This document shows, in pieces, positions 61,407-64,000 of a stretch of 64,000 nt of DNA. Made by a program: the position numbers and the translations under genes. Source of the stretch: Takakia lepidozioides (taxonomy: Eukaryota; Plantae; Bryophyta); NCBI GenBank assembly GCA_030704615.1, contig CM060731.1:80538001-80602000 (forward strand), given 5' to 3'. Positions within the stretch are counted from its first letter, which is position 1. Each line of letters opens with the position of its first letter. Below the pieces are notes generated by a model. That model was not told the origin of the DNA and searched no databases. It worked only from the letters and a program-made list of their open reading frames with translations.

Positions 61407-62490
61407 ATGGATCCGCTGGTGGCGGTGTCGCAGCTTCTGGCCTTTCCAGATGAGCTGGATAAGCTCTTGAACCCGTCCGCCCAGACCCCTGCCCAGAACT
61501 ACGTGCGTGATTCAAAGGCGATGGCTGGCACTGCGGTGGACGTGAAAGAGCATTCCGATTCGTACGTGTTTGTCGCTGATATGCCAGGATCAGCTGACGT
61601 CAAGGTTTGTACATTTTGTTGTGAGTCTTTACTCGAACTAACCTCTGATTGTGATTTTGAGTCATTTCTCTTCAGATTTCTGGTGAATTCACTCTCAGCT
61701 GATCGATGTTCTCTCTTTCCCGGTTGATGGCATTGGAAGTTTTGCATAATTTGTCGTGTGCTGTAAATACAGGGGGATTTGTTGTTCCTAGCCGTAGTCG
61801 GTCATCGCAAGTCGACTCTAGCTATATTCTTTGAACACAGTTTTCCCGGTCACATTGGATCATTTGGCTTAACATAGCCTTGTCCGAAACCCTTCATCCT
61901 TCCGGAATGTTTAGAAGGAAAGATCGTTGAGAGTCAATGTTCTATAGCCATCTTGCCGGCTCAAGCACTGAGCATAGGTAGCCGATGGCTGCATTTTGGA
62001 GAATCTGTCAGGCAGGCTGTAGACAGCTCCACCCTTTATGTGTGAATCCGCCCCGTAGTTTCACCCTGTTGTAGCATGGCGGAGCTTATAAATCGGTACA
62101 ACTTATGGCTACCTAGTAGTTGAGAGTAGTAAATCTCATGTGCGTGTCAGGTAGTGTTTGAAAGTGCCTTGTTTAGGACCCGCAAAGAAACGTTATGTGG
62201 CTTCTGGTCTGGAACAACACTTTGACGGCAATGTGCAGGTGCGATTGGAGAACGACAATGTGCTCATAATTGGTGGAGAGCGGAAAGTTGAGGAACAGGC
62301 TCCAGGTGTAAGATACATTCGAATGGAGCGCAGTGCCGGAAAATTTATGCGGAAATTCACTCTTCCGGGAAATGCTAACTTGGATGGTATTTCGGCTTCT
62401 TACAAGGATGGCGTGCTGATTGTGACTGTGCCCAAGATCCCTCCCCCAGAGCCGCGGAAGCCCAAGATTATCGACGTCACAGTTGGATGA
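61407..62490 (+). CDS. Cytosolic small heat-shock protein (~17 kDa, class II/III-like); exons 61407-61604, 62239-62490; 149 aa
   Basis: [49 protein letters not shown]; phase-0 GT-AG intron. Confidence 0.9.
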
Positions 62491-64000
62491 TTTGGCTTCT
62501 GGAAATGCGTCCTACGAACGATCCTAACGAATTGCTGCAGACGATATTGCAAGTCACTTCTGTTGAATTCCATCCCTCTAATTGCCAGGGTAATTTTGAG
62601 AGCTACTACTGAGGCTGGTTAATTGAGAGTCGAGACATAGTTTTCTGGTTAAGACATAGATAGTGAGGACCTGAAGTGCAATCTCAGTTTCAGACTTGCG
62701 AGCTTTGCACCAAGCTCCATTATCGATAGAATATTCGTCTTTGCCTCTGGAAAAGTCAGAAGACTCGTAGCATCATCTACAAAGTAAGTTTTCCAAATGT
62801 TTTTCATCGAAGGCTCTACATGGTGTGAAAAGATCGCACTGACAGATTAATTGATCAAAGATGCCTGGCACCATATCTACTGGAACGTTTCTGGAAGATG
62901 AACCGTACTATTCGGGGATCTTGGTCCCATAAACTCTTTAAAGCTTCAAATGGACATTACAAAATCTATTTTCTCTCTCTCTTTCAACTATTTCTTTCTC
63001 TCTCTTTCAAAGTCTCTTTCCAAATAGGTGTTATGATTCTCGCTTTGTTCCTTGGGCCCCTTACATCCTGGGACTGCGACAGGAGTTAGAAAAATTTCAT
63101 TGGTTGTTGAGTATGTAGGAGTCGTATATTCTCACATGAGCCTTGATCTAAACCTCCCATGTATGAATGTCTCCTTTATCCCATCGGTTGATTTCGTACA
63201 GCTTGCTATGGTTGAAAACCTGCAGTCACCAGACTTTGGCTTTGACTTTGGCCCACCTTGCTATGGCTGAGACTACTCACCTCCACAAAGTCCATTTCAT
63301 ATGCATTTTAGGACTAATTTCCTAGTGTTAATATACTACATTTGTTTATGCAATTTGGAAACTCTTTTGTTTCTATTTTTGCTGCAAAACAATCGACCTA
63401 GGGCTATATTGTTGCCAAAAACTGCAGATGGACATCTTGCAAACATTTATATGAAAAGTTTTTACATTCTATACTTTTTGAGCATGCAAATATGTAATGT
63501 CCAGAACACTGTTTTTTTCCCAAGTCCTCAGCTAATTGTCAGTTTGACAACAGTACGCATTCCACGAATTATGCATTATAAGTCCTTGCTACATTTCTAC
63601 TAGATCCTAGCTAGATTTCTAGTGGAGGTAATGTACACAGAACCTGTACGCCCCCAAACTTTTTAGAACTGTTCACTTCATGATGTATCAACCTTGCACC
63701 AGGAGACCCACACCTACAGAGGCAACGAGCTAGGGTCAGCACATCACCCCTGCACCAGCTTGCAATAAGAAAGCATTGACAGCAACTAAACTATACAGCA
63801 GGGAGGATGAATCCTTACAACACAAGGAAGCTGTTCTCGTGCAGCAGGAACTAGACTCTAGGCGCCTTGTTGCCCAAAGGAAGATGATGAGCACTCGAAA
63901 ATTGAAGTCTACAAAGGGTTACCACACATCACCGGCGCAAATATGCTCAAAAATGCGCCCCACTGCAAAGCAATTCAATTACACCCATGCTTAGAACATT

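Overview
Eukaryotic nuclear DNA from a land plant, probably a non-seed plant (inferred from gene content; spliceosomal GT-AG introns, telo-boxes, (GA)n tracts). The first ~9.3 kb is a decayed Ty3/Gypsy LTR retrotransposon whose 5' LTR is not in the window. Its originally single gag-pol ORF reads Gag(2 zinc knuckles)-protease-[complete DNMT3-like C5 cytosine methyltransferase]-RT-RNaseH-integrase-[PHD finger], followed by a PPT and a 3' LTR. This retroelement carrying both a DNA-methylation writer and a chromatin reader is the main finding. The rest is gene-rich: sideroflexin, Ca-binding mitochondrial ATP-Mg/Pi carrier, NAD kinase, intronless p23 co-chaperone, alpha-carbonic anhydrase, RAD1 (9-1-1 clamp), eIF2B-delta, one pseudogenised and one apparently intact small HSP. 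Also present: a 4.4-kb Pack-MULE (long TIRs, near-perfect 9-bp TSD) with captured uridine kinase/UPRT exons and introns, a tRNA-derived SINE family, microsatellite-associated LINE/SINE tails in introns, and an 80-bp tandem array of HSE-like motifs upstream of the sHSP. Exon boundaries were read by eye and are approximate unless stated.
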